From: Alcanivorax sp.
Lineage (GTDB): Bacteria > Pseudomonadota > Gammaproteobacteria > Pseudomonadales > Alcanivoracaceae
Length of the DNA stretch: 46,332 bases
Direction of reading: 5' to 3'
Assembly (NCBI GenBank): GCA_033723495.1
Contig: JAWVWY010000001.1
Span: 1-46,332 of the forward strand
The notes beneath the pieces were generated by a model that was not told the origin of the DNA, did not search any database, and saw nothing but the letters and a program-made list of their open reading frames with translations. The position numbers and the translations under genes were made by a program. Shown here piece after piece: positions 27,525 to 36,699 of the stretch (positions are counted from its first letter, which is position 1; each line of letters begins with the position of its first letter).

Positions 27525-29738
27525 TCAGGTAAGCATAATGGCGGAATCTTTCCCTTCTTTTACAATAACCTGGCCGATTATTGCAGCCCTTACTCCCTGT
27601 TTTTTCAGGGTTTTGAGGACTGCGTCCGCTTCTTGTGGCGCCATGGCCACCAGCAGCCCGCCGCTGGTCTGCGGGTCACAGGCGGCCAGCCACTGCGGGT
27701 CGTTGTCATCCAGCCTGCCCCGGCAGGCCGCCAATACCTGGCGGTTGGATTCAAACAGGGTGCTGACCACGCCGGCGTCGAGCAGCCGGTCGGTCCCCGG
27801 CAGCAGCGGCAAGCGATCCAGCAGCAGCTCGGCATCCACGGCACTTTGCTGACACAGCTCCAGCAGATGGCCGAGCAGGCCGAAGCCGGTGATGTCGGTG
27901 CAGGCCTGAACCGGTTGGTCTTGCAGGGCCTGCCAGGCCAGCCGGTTGCTCTGCAGCATGCTGTCCAGGGTGTCATCGAGCCAGGGGCCGCGGGCTTTAC
28001 CATGCATCAGGCTGGCCAGCTGGATACCGGTGCCCAGTGATTTGGTCATGATCAGCACATCGCCGGGGCGGGCGCCGCCCTTGTGCCACAGCTTATCGGG
28101 GGCGGCGCTGCCGTTGACGGTGAAGCCGGCGGCCAGCTGCGGCCCCTCGATGGTGTGACCGCCGACCAGGGTACAGCCGGCGTCATTGAGTTCACGCAGG
28201 GCGCCGGCCATCAGCCGTTGCAGGTCCCGCTGCTGCAGGCGCGGGTGCAGCCAGGGCAGGCAGACATTGGCCAACGCCGAGTGCGGGGTGGCATTCATGG
28301 CATAGAGATCGCTGAGGCTGTGCAGCACGGCAATGCGACCGAACAGGTAGGGCTGGTCGATGAAGGCGGGGAAGTAGTCCAGGCTCTGCACCAGCTTGCG
28401 TCCGGCGGGCCACTGGATAATGGCGGCGTCATCGGCCTGGGCGACGCCGGCCTCGATGCCTGCATTGATTACCGGTTGCAGATCGGCCAGGGCTTCACTG
28501 AGTGCCTGGCTGCCGACCTTGGCACCACAACCGGCGCAGTGCATGGCCTGTTCCGGGGCGGTCATGGCTGGCATGGTCATGGTCGGCAGGCCGTTGGCGA
28601 ACTTGTCCATGAAGGCCCGGTCGATGCGGTCCTTCCAGTGCCATACCCAGCGACCGGCCAGATCGAACGGGCCGCCGCGGCTGCCCACCGCATCGCGGCC
28701 GCCGGCGGACAGTAGCGACAGAAAACGTCGTTGTGGCCGATAACGACGCAGGGGCTGGCCGGTGATGGCGGCACGCAGATTGGCGGCCAGGGTGTTGGCC
28801 TGGCGTACCGCATAGACGCCGGCCTTGGGCAGCGGGTGCGGGAAGGCGGCACAGTCGCCGGCCGCAAAGATACGCGGGTCGTTCCGGCTTTGCAGGGTTT
28901 CCCGTACCCGCACAAAACCGCGCTGGTCACACTCCAGGCCGCTCTCCACCAGCCACGGCAGTGCCCGCACGCCGGTACACCAGAGCAGAAAATCCGCCGC
29001 CAGGGGGTGCTGATTGGCGCGCAGCTGACCGTGCTCATCACTGTCTACCCGACAGTGTTCGTGCAGGTTGACCTGCAACCGTGCCAGCCGCCGACGCATG
29101 CGCCGGCGTACCGCCGTCGGCTGGCTGGCCAGCAGTTCCCCGGCGGTCAGCAGGGAGACATTGCCGGGTTGACCGGTCTGTTTTTTCAGGGCGCAGGCCA
29201 GTGCCAGTGCCATCTCGGTGCCACCGGCGCCGCCGCCGACCACTGCCAGGCGCGGTTGCGGGTGGTGGTCCAGCTCGCCCAGTAACTGCTGCCAGCGGCG
29301 GTAGAAACCGGCCACCGGTTTTACCGGTACGATCTTCATTTGCTCCGCTCGCTGGCGGGCCTGTTGCACCGGTTGCAGATCCGGCAGTGCGCCCACATCG
29401 AGGCTGAGCCAGTCGTAACTGACCCGGCTGCCGTCATCCAGTTGCAACTGGCGCAGCTGGCGGTCAATGCCACTCACGCTGGCGCGGATAAAACGACAGC
29501 CACTGGCCAGGCACAGCCGGTGCAGGTCGATATGCGTTTCATCAAGTTGATAATGGCCGGCCACCAGCCCTGGCAGCATGCCGGAATAGGCGCTCAGACT
29601 GTCCGGGGAAATCAGCGTCAGGCGCACGTTGGGCAGGGCCTTCATGGCCAGCATGCGCAGGGTCAGCGCATGGCTGTGGCCGCCGCCCACCAGTACCAGA
29701 TCGTATTGAGCCGGGGTTGTCGCAATGGGTGCCGTCAC
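27525..29738 (-). CDS. selD: Selenide, water dikinase SelD fused to an N-terminal pyridine nucleotide-disulfide oxidoreductase domain
   Basis: N-half: LVGGGHSH, YSGMLPG, GGGAGG, AAGDCA, PKAGVYAVRQ. C-half: CAGCGAKV, DDAA, SDLYAM, GGHT, DITGFGLLGHL, DPQTSGGLL. GTG start at 29738 overlaps the stop of the PhzF-family gene (GTGA). Confidence 0.93.
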   Translation of the reverse strand: MTAPIATTPAQYDLVLVGGGHSHALTLRMLAMKALPNVRLTLISPDSLSAYSGMLPGLVAGHYQLDETHIDLHRLCLASGCRFIRASVSGIDRQLRQLQLDDGSRVSYDWLSLDVGALPDLQPVQQARQRAEQMKIVPVKPVAGFYRRWQQLLGELDHHPQPRLAVVGGGAGGTEMALALACALKKQTGQPGNVSLLTAGELLASQPTAVRRRMRRRLARLQVNLHEHCRVDSDEHGQLRANQHPLAADFLLWCTGVRALPWLVESGLECDQRGFVRVRETLQSRNDPRIFAAGDCAAFPHPLPKAGVYAVRQANTLAANLRAAITGQPLRRYRPQRRFLSLLSAGGRDAVGSRGGPFDLAGRWVWHWKDRIDRAFMDKFANGLPTMTMPAMTAPEQAMHCAGCGAKVGSQALSEALADLQPVINAGIEAGVAQADDAAIIQWPAGRKLVQSLDYFPAFIDQPYLFGRIAVLHSLSDLYAMNATPHSALANVCLPWLHPRLQQRDLQRLMAGALRELNDAGCTLVGGHTIEGPQLAAGFTVNGSAAPDKLWHKGGARPGDVLIMTKSLGTGIQLASLMHGKARGPWLDDTLDSMLQSNRLAWQALQDQPVQACTDITGFGLLGHLLELCQQSAVDAELLLDRLPLLPGTDRLLDAGVVSTLFESNRQVLAACRGRLDDNDPQWLAACDPQTSGGLLVAMAPQEADAVLKTLKKQGVRAAIIGQVIVKEGKDSAIMLT

Positions 29739-30508
29739 AGCAGAATCTCGCCTTTCAGGTAGCAGCGCGCCTGGCCTTCCAGACGCACCCGGTCGCCGTC
29801 GAGGGTACACAGTAGCTCGCCGCCGCGGGCAGACAATTGGCGGGCATGAAGCTGTGTCTTGGCCAATCGGTGGGCCCAGTAGGGGGTCAGGGTGCAATGG
29901 GCGGAGCCGGTGACCGGGTCTTCGGTGATGCCCTGGCGGGGGGCGAAAAAACGACTGACGAAATCGCAGTGCTCGCCGGGGGCGCTGACCATCAACGCAA
30001 AGGTGTCCAGGGCGGCGATGGCGGCCAGGTCAGGCACCAGCTCGCGCACCTGGTGTTCGCTATCGACAATCACCAGGGTGTCGCGGGCCTGCCACACCTC
30101 CCTGACTGGCAGTTGCAAGGCATTTTCATAGGGGCGCATATCGGTGACCGGCTGCCCCGGGCGAGCCGGAAAATCCATCGCCAGGCCGGCGCCACTGCGG
30201 CTCACATAAAGGGGGCCGGAGGCGGTTTCAAAACGGATGCGTTCACCGGCATAGCCCAGTTCGTGGAACACCACCCAGGCGGCCGCCAGGGTGGCGTGGC
30301 CGCACAGATCCACCTCCACGGTGGGGGTGAACCAGCGCAGCGCGAAGCCTTGCTCGTTTGGCACCAGAAAGGCGGTTTCCGAGAGGTTGTTTTCCCCGGC
30401 GATGCGCTGCAGCAGGGCATCCTCAGGCCAGCTTTCCAGTGGCACTACCGCCGCCGGGTTACCGCCGAACAGGGTCTGCGTAAAAGCATCCACCTGAAAC
30501 AGTTTCAT
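29735..30508 (-). CDS. PhzF-family isomerase/epimerase (DAP epimerase fold)
   Basis: QVDAF...GNPAAV, NLSETAF, RWFTPTVEVDLCGHATLA, EDPVTGSAH. Confidence 0.92.
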   Translation of the reverse strand: MKLFQVDAFTQTLFGGNPAAVVPLESWPEDALLQRIAGENNLSETAFLVPNEQGFALRWFTPTVEVDLCGHATLAAAWVVFHELGYAGERIRFETASGPLYVSRSGAGLAMDFPARPGQPVTDMRPYENALQLPVREVWQARDTLVIVDSEHQVRELVPDLAAIAALDTFALMVSAPGEHCDFVSRFFAPRQGITEDPVTGSAHCTLTPYWAHRLAKTQLHARQLSARGGELLCTLDGDRVRLEGQARCYLKGEILL

Positions 30509-30536
30509 GCACGTTTTCCTGTGTCCGGATTACAGT

Positions 30537-32045
30537 TCAGGAGGACATACCGGAGACCGGCACCGGTACGCCATTGCCGGGCCGCAGGTGCTTGCGCAGG
30601 CCACGGGACAGGGCGTCGACCAGCAGATTCAGGGCCACCGTGGCCAGAATCAGCACCAGGGTACGGTCAAAACGGAATTCCGCCACGCTGGAGTCAATAT
30701 AGAAACCCAGTGTGTGGATGCCAAGGATACCGAGAACCGCAGTTTCCCGCATGATCACTTCCCAGCGATACAGCAGAAAGGCAAGCAGGTTGGGGCTGAT
30801 GCGCGGCAGTACTTCCCAGGCGTAGCGGTTGAGGCCGCGGCTGGCATCGGCGCGCAGCCGCAGCCCTTCGCTGAAGCGGGCGGTAAGGTGGGCGACGATG
30901 GCGCCGGTATGCAGGCCCAGGGCGAGAATGCCCGGCAGCATGGAAGGGCCCAGCACGATCAGGAACAGGAAGGCGAGGAAGAATTCCGGTGTGGTGCGCA
31001 GGGTCACCAGCAAGCCATGGCCGACCAGACGACTGATCCGGTTACCGAACAGCGGCGAGGTGAGCGGAAACAGCAGCAACGCCAGTACGCCGGTGAGCAG
31101 CAATGCCGCCATGCCCAGCACCAGGGTCTGCCAGATCCCCGGCCAGAGCTGCTGTTCGAACAGCATGCCGAACCAGGGGCCCAGCCCTGCCAGACCATCG
31201 CCCTGGCGCAGCGGTTCGGGCACCAGGTCGACGGTGACAAAACGCACCAGGGTGTGCCAGCTACCGGTATAGAGTGGCGGCGCCCACAGGATGGCGGCCA
31301 GCACGTAAAGTGGCACCAGGCGGGCGCGCAACCACCAGCGTAACGAGAAAATCAGCATGAAGAACAGGTACAGCAGGGCGGCGCCCTGGCCGTAGTAGCC
31401 TTCCTTGAAGGCGCTTTCCAGATGAAAGCCCAGGGTCGGCAAGCCGATAAAACCGAGAATGGCAGAGGCGCGCAGGGAGCACTCCAGCCGGTAGCTGCCG
31501 TAGGCCTTGCAGGACTGCCAGATCAGCGGCAGTCGCACATAGAAAAAACGACTGAGGCTATCGGTGGTAGCGGGCAGCGCCTGGCCCGGCGCCGGGTTGG
31601 CTTCTTCCATGAATTCGCCGAACACCTTGGCAAAGATGCCGGTATAGGGGATGGCGATGGCCAGCACGCCGGTGAGGGTGTTGAGCCCGACCACCTGCAG
31701 TAACAGCAGCCCCCAGAACAATTCATGGATGGCGCGCACCGAAGCGGCGAAGGCGCGCACCGGGCGGTGGTGCCACAGTATCGCCAGCACAAAACCGCCC
31801 AGCGCGCCCAGCGCGGTGCCCTGCAAGGCGAAGGCCAGAGTATTGGCTACGGCCTGCCAGAGCTGGTGGGTGGCGGCAAAATCCGGGTGTAGAAAGCCGC
31901 CGCCAATGCGTAGCAATTCATGGCCGGGGCTGACCCGGGCAATGGCCAGATCCGCGGCCAGCCAGGCGGCCAGCCCCACCAGTGCCAGCAGCACACTGGT
32001 GCGGCGCCAGCGGGCGGCGGTGGTATGCAGGCGCCAGCGGGTCAT
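30537..32045 (-). CDS. PhnE/PtxC-family ABC permease (two fused TM domains)
   Basis: Two PhnE-like halves (RAIHELFWG...YRLECSLRASAILGFIG; RTTPE...YRWEVIMRETAVLGILG); ATGA overlap with the ATPase gene. Confidence 0.85.
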   Translation of the reverse strand: MTRWRLHTTAARWRRTSVLLALVGLAAWLAADLAIARVSPGHELLRIGGGFLHPDFAATHQLWQAVANTLAFALQGTALGALGGFVLAILWHHRPVRAFAASVRAIHELFWGLLLLQVVGLNTLTGVLAIAIPYTGIFAKVFGEFMEEANPAPGQALPATTDSLSRFFYVRLPLIWQSCKAYGSYRLECSLRASAILGFIGLPTLGFHLESAFKEGYYGQGAALLYLFFMLIFSLRWWLRARLVPLYVLAAILWAPPLYTGSWHTLVRFVTVDLVPEPLRQGDGLAGLGPWFGMLFEQQLWPGIWQTLVLGMAALLLTGVLALLLFPLTSPLFGNRISRLVGHGLLVTLRTTPEFFLAFLFLIVLGPSMLPGILALGLHTGAIVAHLTARFSEGLRLRADASRGLNRYAWEVLPRISPNLLAFLLYRWEVIMRETAVLGILGIHTLGFYIDSSVAEFRFDRTLVLILATVALNLLVDALSRGLRKHLRPGNGVPVPVSGMSS

Positions 32046-32689
32046 TGATAGAGGCGGTCCAGGTCGGTCAGGCACAGCTCGCGGGCCGCTGCATCCAGCA
32101 CCACGCGGCCATGGCGGATACCGACCACCCGCTGGAAGCAGGCCAGCGCCAGGGCGCGGTCGTGCATGGCGACCACCGCCGTGGCATGGCGGTCCAGTAC
32201 ATGGTGGATCAGTTGCAGCGCCTGATGTTCATCAAGGCTGGAGACCGGTTCGTCGGCCAGCAATACCGGCCGCTGGCTGAACAGCGCACGGCCCAGTGCG
32301 GCGCGCTGGGCCTGGCCGCCGGACAGCTGGTCGATACTGGTGAACAGCTTGTCGGCCAGCCCCAGGGGCTTGGCCACATTCGTCACCGCCTGACGTTCGC
32401 GCTGCTGGGGCCACACCAGGGTGCGCAGGTTGCGCCAGCGGGAGTGGCGATCCAGAGCGCCCATGTAGATGTTGTGGAACACGCTGAGCATGGGCACCAG
32501 GTCGCCCTGCTGCGGGCACCAGGCACACCGGTCCGGCTGCTGGGCGCGCAGGGCGGCCAGCAGGGTGGATTTGCCAGCCCCGGACGGGCCCAGCAGGGCG
32601 ACCTGCTCGCCGTCGGCAATCTGCAGGTCGAGCCGTTCAAAGACGGTCTGCCCGCAGTGTCCCAGGCGAGCGCTGTCAAAGTGGAACAT
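32042..32689 (-). CDS. PhnC-like ABC transporter ATP-binding protein
   Basis: GPSGAGKS, LSGGQ, LLADEPVSSLD, H-switch. Confidence 0.9.
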   Translation of the reverse strand: MFHFDSARLGHCGQTVFERLDLQIADGEQVALLGPSGAGKSTLLAALRAQQPDRCAWCPQQGDLVPMLSVFHNIYMGALDRHSRWRNLRTLVWPQQRERQAVTNVAKPLGLADKLFTSIDQLSGGQAQRAALGRALFSQRPVLLADEPVSSLDEHQALQLIHHVLDRHATAVVAMHDRALALACFQRVVGIRHGRVVLDAAARELCLTDLDRLYQ

Positions 32690-32692
32690 GGT

Positions 32693-33559
32693 TTATTCCA
32701 GCAGGCCGATTGCCTTGCCGGTCTTTTCCAGCGGCGTGTAGTCGCTGTTGCTGGCCGGTACAAACTTGCTGCGCGGGAAGGCGTTGAGGATCCTGGGGTC
32801 CTTCAGGTCCAGCAGTGCCTGGGTGACCTTGGCGGAGAAGCCCTTGCCAAAGCGCTTGTCCACATCGCCGCGCAAGGTCCATTGGTAGTCCGGGTAGGTG
32901 GGCGTTTCCCAGATCACGCGCACCTTGCTGGTGTCGATCTTGCCCTCCGCCAGTTCCCGGTCCCAGACCGCATAGTTGACCGCGCCGGTGGCATAGGCGC
33001 CGCTCTGTACCAGGGCGATGGTGCGGCTGTGGTCGCCGCTGAAGCCGACTCGGTCGAACAACTGGTCCGGTGCCTTGCCAAAGCGCTGGCGCAGGTAGAA
33101 TTCCGGCATCAGGCGCCCGGAGGTGCTGCCCTTGGAGCCAAAGGTGAACGATGGCTGATCAATAAAGGCGTCCGGCAGGGTATCGGAGCGGGTCAGGCCG
33201 GTGCTGGTATTGGCAATAAAGTAGCTCTTGAAGGCGGTGTCTTCCTGGCCCTGGGCAATGGCGTTGGAGCCCGGCACCAGGCGGCGGGCCTGTACCCCGG
33301 ACAGTCCGCCGAACCAGGCCAGCTGCACTTCATTGTTGCGGAAGGCAGTGACCGCCGCCGCGTAGGATTTCACCGGCACATATTTGACCGGCACACCCAG
33401 CTGCTGGTGCAGATAATCGGCCACCTGGCTGAAACGTTTGACCAGCTGGGTTTCATCCTGGTCGGGAATGGCGGTGAAGGTAAAGGTTTCGGTTTTGTGC
33501 TGGCCACAGGCCACCAACAACAGGGCCGCGGCCGCTGTCAGCAAGGCTTTCAGACGCAT
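32693..33559 (-). CDS. PhnD/PtxB-family substrate-binding lipoprotein, putative selenate/selenite transporter clade
   Basis: Lipobox LLVAC; AIPD...WFGGLSGVQAR, GSTSGRLMP, GFSGDHS, YPDYQW; located between mnmH and selD. Confidence 0.8.
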   Translation of the reverse strand: MRLKALLTAAAALLLVACGQHKTETFTFTAIPDQDETQLVKRFSQVADYLHQQLGVPVKYVPVKSYAAAVTAFRNNEVQLAWFGGLSGVQARRLVPGSNAIAQGQEDTAFKSYFIANTSTGLTRSDTLPDAFIDQPSFTFGSKGSTSGRLMPEFYLRQRFGKAPDQLFDRVGFSGDHSRTIALVQSGAYATGAVNYAVWDRELAEGKIDTSKVRVIWETPTYPDYQWTLRGDVDKRFGKGFSAKVTQALLDLKDPRILNAFPRSKFVPASNSDYTPLEKTGKAIGLLE

Positions 33560-33652
33560 TGTTGTCTCCGTTCAATAGGGAGTCTTACCGGGCGTTTTTC
33601 CAAAATTTCCGCAGGCCCGGCCAGATGCGGAAACCGGTCTATGATAGAGATT

Positions 33653-34756
33653 TCAGGTGATCATTTCCCGGCTTTCGCGCAGCCAGGCCAGTACCTCTTC
33701 ACGGCTGCCCTGAAAGCGCACCTTGCCATTGCGGTGCTGCAGCATGTAGTCGTACATGGGGTCGTAGTAGTCGCGTAGCAGGCTGCGAATCCACAGGCGA
33801 TGGCCGTCCACCTGGCCGTTGCGCTGCTGTTCCTCGAGCGCCTGTTGCAGCTGGCCGCGCAGTTGCTGGTGCCGGGCGCCGCCCAGGCGCTTGCGGATGC
33901 GGTCGATGGCATCCAGCAGGGCATCGCCCAGCCGTTTCTGGGCCAGCGCTTCGCCATAAATGTCGGCATATTCCTGCCAGGGGCCGGTGACATAGTCTTC
34001 CAGGGTGACCTGCACCCGGGCCTCAAGGTCTTCTTCGATGATCACCCGGTCGCAGGCCTTGATCTGGTCCTGTAACGGGAAAGGCAGATGGCAGCGGCCA
34101 ATCAGTTTGCTTTCATCTTCCACCACTACGCTGGCATGGCCGGCGTGCTGTTGCTTGAGCAGAGCCACCGCCAGAGCATTTTCAAAGTCGATCTGGCCGG
34201 GCTGGCCGGCGGGGCGTCGACCGAAGGCGGAACCGCGGTGATGGGCCAGCCCTTCCAGGTCGACACTGTTGTCGAGCTGCTCGATCACCCGGGTCTTGGC
34301 ACAGCCGGTGCGGCCGCACAGTACCAGCCAGGGCAGGGCGGCAATGGTCTGATCCAGGCTTTCCAGCAGGAAACGGCGCAGCGCCTTGTAGCCGCCGAGT
34401 ACCAGCGGTGCGTCCACACCGGCCTCGCGCAGCCAGCGCTGGGTGGTCTGGCTTCGCAGGCCACCGCGGAAACAGTACAGGTAGCCGTTTGGGTTGGCTT
34501 GCCACCAGTCTTGCCAGCCCTGCAGGCGTTGCTCACGCACGTCACCGCAAACCAGTTCATTGCCCAGGTCGATGGCGGCCTGTTGGCCATGCTGCTTGTA
34601 GCAGATACCGATGTGGTGGCGTTCGTCGTCATTGATCAGCGGCAGGTTGCTGGCGGTGGGGAAGGCGCCCTTGCCAAATTCCACCGGCGCACGGACGTCC
34701 ATCAACGGCGTATCGTTGAGAAAAAGAGGGAGATAATCAGGGGTATCGTCTCGCAT
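33653..34756 (-). CDS. mnmH: tRNA 2-selenouridine synthase
   Basis: Rhodanese domain (DVRAPVEF, CFRGGLRS, GGYKA), P-loop domain GRTGCAKT, DLEGLAHHRGSAFG, EDES, YYDPMYDY. Start reassigned to ATG 34756. Confidence 0.93.
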   Translation of the reverse strand: MRDDTPDYLPLFLNDTPLMDVRAPVEFGKGAFPTASNLPLINDDERHHIGICYKQHGQQAAIDLGNELVCGDVREQRLQGWQDWWQANPNGYLYCFRGGLRSQTTQRWLREAGVDAPLVLGGYKALRRFLLESLDQTIAALPWLVLCGRTGCAKTRVIEQLDNSVDLEGLAHHRGSAFGRRPAGQPGQIDFENALAVALLKQQHAGHASVVVEDESKLIGRCHLPFPLQDQIKACDRVIIEEDLEARVQVTLEDYVTGPWQEYADIYGEALAQKRLGDALLDAIDRIRKRLGGARHQQLRGQLQQALEEQQRNGQVDGHRLWIRSLLRDYYDPMYDYMLQHRNGKVRFQGSREEVLAWLRESREMIT

Positions 34757-34803
34757 GGGGGGCGAGTTTATCCCATGCGGCAGTCGGCAATCTATAGAAG
34801 AGC

Positions 34804-34835
34804 ACATCGGGCGCCCGCTGGTAGGCGCCCGATGT
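34804..34835 (-). terminator. Stem-loop after maoC, probable terminator separating it from mnmH
   Basis: ACATCGGGCGCC-N8-GGCGCCCGATGT, perfect 12-bp stem; weak U-tract. Confidence 0.5.
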
Positions 34836-34842
34836 ATGCGGC

Positions 34843-35715
34843 TTATTCGCTGACGGGGCGAATCTGGCCGGCCAGGTGCGGCTTGATGCCATCCTTGGCG
34901 AGCAGACGGAAGTCGCTGCCGCCCTTCACCGGCTTGTTTTCGAACTTGACGGTGGCGGGCACGAACATGGGCAGCTTGAACTGCACGTCCACGGTGAAGG
35001 CTTCGCCGGGCAGTTCGCCTTGCAGCTCGGCCAGGCAGCGGGCCTTGGACCACATGCCGTGGGCAATCTGGCGCTTGAAGCCAAACAGCTTGGCGGACAG
35101 CGGGTACAGGTGGATCGGGTTGCGGTCACCGGAAACGGCGCCGTAACGACGACCGATATCACCGGGTACTTTCCACTCCACGGTATCGGTGGCCGGCTCC
35201 GGCTTGGGCGCTTCCTTCTTCTTGCCCTTACTGCCGCCACCGGTGCGGAAGAAGTTCACCGATTCACTTTCCCAGACACGTTCGCCACCGGTACTGATGC
35301 TGGTGAAGATGGAAAACTCGTAGCCCTTGTCGACCTTGGTCAGGTTGCCCAGGTAGCACTTGATGTTGAGCTGTTCGCGCTCGGCAATCGGACGGTACTG
35401 GGTGATGCTGTTGCGCACGTGCACCAGGCCCATGGCCGGGAACGGGAAGTTGCTATCCAGAATCAGTGCCATATGCAGCGGGAAGGCGTGCATGTGCGGG
35501 TAGGTGATCGGCAGCTTGCCGTCGGCGGCGAACCCGCAGACCTTGCGATAGGCGGCCAGGTGCTTGGCATCCAGGCCCACATCATTCAGGCGCAGGCCGA
35601 TTTCCGGCAGGGTCGGGCTCTTGCCCGGTTTGACGTTGGCGCGCAGTACCGCCTTGGCGAAATTGACTACCATGGGGGGGGAGTTGCGCAGCTCGCGGAA
35701 GGTTACCTCACTCAT
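34843..35715 (-). CDS. MaoC-like double hot-dog (R)-hydratase/dehydratase (HtdX/PA4788-like)
   Basis: YGAVSGDRNPIHL...IAHGMW hydratase-2 motif; FPAMGLVH. Confidence 0.88.
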   Translation of the reverse strand: MSEVTFRELRNSPPMVVNFAKAVLRANVKPGKSPTLPEIGLRLNDVGLDAKHLAAYRKVCGFAADGKLPITYPHMHAFPLHMALILDSNFPFPAMGLVHVRNSITQYRPIAEREQLNIKCYLGNLTKVDKGYEFSIFTSISTGGERVWESESVNFFRTGGGSKGKKKEAPKPEPATDTVEWKVPGDIGRRYGAVSGDRNPIHLYPLSAKLFGFKRQIAHGMWSKARCLAELQGELPGEAFTVDVQFKLPMFVPATVKFENKPVKGGSDFRLLAKDGIKPHLAGQIRPVSE

Positions 35716-35861
35716 CACTCTGTCCTTGTCCCGTCGTGTCGATTGCAGGTGAAACGGTTAACTGGGCGAAGAGTATAGAGCAGGGCGGGCATCGCGCTAT
35801 TGGCCGTACCGACAGGCACGGTTGTGCCGCGAAGCACCGCCGGGCAATGTCACATTGGGTG

Positions 35862-36512
35862 TTACTGACTGGATTTGTCGGAGCGCCACTGGCCGACGCC
35901 AAAATAGATCAGCCGCAGCTGTTTTTCCGCGGTGGTTAACACCTCTTGCTGGCCAGCCTCGTCTTCTTCTTCCAGCTCCAGCATTTCCTGAGTAAGGGCG
36001 GTGACATTATTGACCACCAGAGCCGCCATCATCTGCAGATCTTCGGCGCTGATGTGGTTGAGCATGGGAAAGCGCGCCATGTCCATGGCCAGCTCACTGG
36101 TGAACAGGCGGATCTCGCGGCGGATGGCGCCGCGCATGGTAGGGGTGCCGCCGTACAGCTCCTTGGCCACGAACAGGAAGTGCGCGCGGTTATCACGCAC
36201 ATAGTTGAAATAGGTCTCCATGGAGCCACGGATCATCCTTTCCGTGGGCAGCTTCTCCTGGCGCACCTGACGCATCATCTGACGCAGGGATCGGAAGGAC
36301 TCGTCCAGCAGTGTCAGCCCCAGCGCGCTCATGTCCGGGAAGTGGCGATAGAAGGCAGTGGGCACCACGCCGGCCTTCTTGGTGACCTCGCGCAGGCTCA
36401 GCGACGAGAAGGGCCCTTTTTTGACCACTAGCTCCAGAGCCGCCTCCATTAACGCCTCACGGGTCTGGCCACGTTTCGGGCGACGCGGTTTGCTGCTGGT
36501 CTCTTTGCTCAT
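35862..36512 (-). CDS. desT: TetR-family fatty-acid regulator DesT/FabR
   Basis: SLSLREVTKKAGVVPTAFYRHFPDM HTH; divergent from the desaturase operon, with matching operators. Confidence 0.8.
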   Translation of the reverse strand: MSKETSSKPRRPKRGQTREALMEAALELVVKKGPFSSLSLREVTKKAGVVPTAFYRHFPDMSALGLTLLDESFRSLRQMMRQVRQEKLPTERMIRGSMETYFNYVRDNRAHFLFVAKELYGGTPTMRGAIRREIRLFTSELAMDMARFPMLNHISAEDLQMMAALVVNNVTALTQEMLELEEEDEAGQQEVLTTAEKQLRLIYFGVGQWRSDKSSQ

Positions 36513-36623
36513 GGCTGGGCTCTCCAGAATTCGATGCAAATTGTCCTAGTAACGGGGCTGTGATGCAAACAGCACTATTTTGTTGTTGTTAACTGTTTGA
36601 AATTAAAGATTAATAAAAAATTA

Positions 36624-36681
36624 AGTGAACAAGTGTTGACGAAATAAAGGGTGCTGTGAATAATGCGTACATATGTTCACT
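36624..36681 (+). promoter_or_regulatory. Sigma70 promoter of desCB flanked by two DesT/FabR-type operators
   Basis: -35 TTGACG (36636-36641), 17-bp spacer, -10 AATAAT (36659-36664); operators AGTGAACAAGTGTTGACG (36624-36641) and TGCGTACATATGTTCACT (36664-36681). Confidence 0.75.
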
Positions 36682-36699
36682 TGTGGGGGAGAGAGTCCC

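Noticed and set aside
28505-28545. Possible selenocysteine (UGA) at the SelD active site or elsewhere in the Se operon
   Set aside because: The motif is encoded with Cys codons (CAGCGAK); no in-frame UGA readthrough is needed in any gene of the operon.
31982-33778. 598-aa + strand ORF, and other long antisense ORFs such as 37818-39035, 17141-18388 and 23240-24457
   Set aside because: They lie antisense to well-supported genes and have no family motifs; explained by codon bias.
33653-35053. Extended N-termini in the ORF track (mnmH from 35053, uup from 18547, selD from 29897, methyltransferase from 23124, plcB-like from 23069)
   Set aside because: The extensions overlap neighbouring genes or lack homology-like sequence; downstream starts fit RBSs, gene overlaps or family N-termini better.
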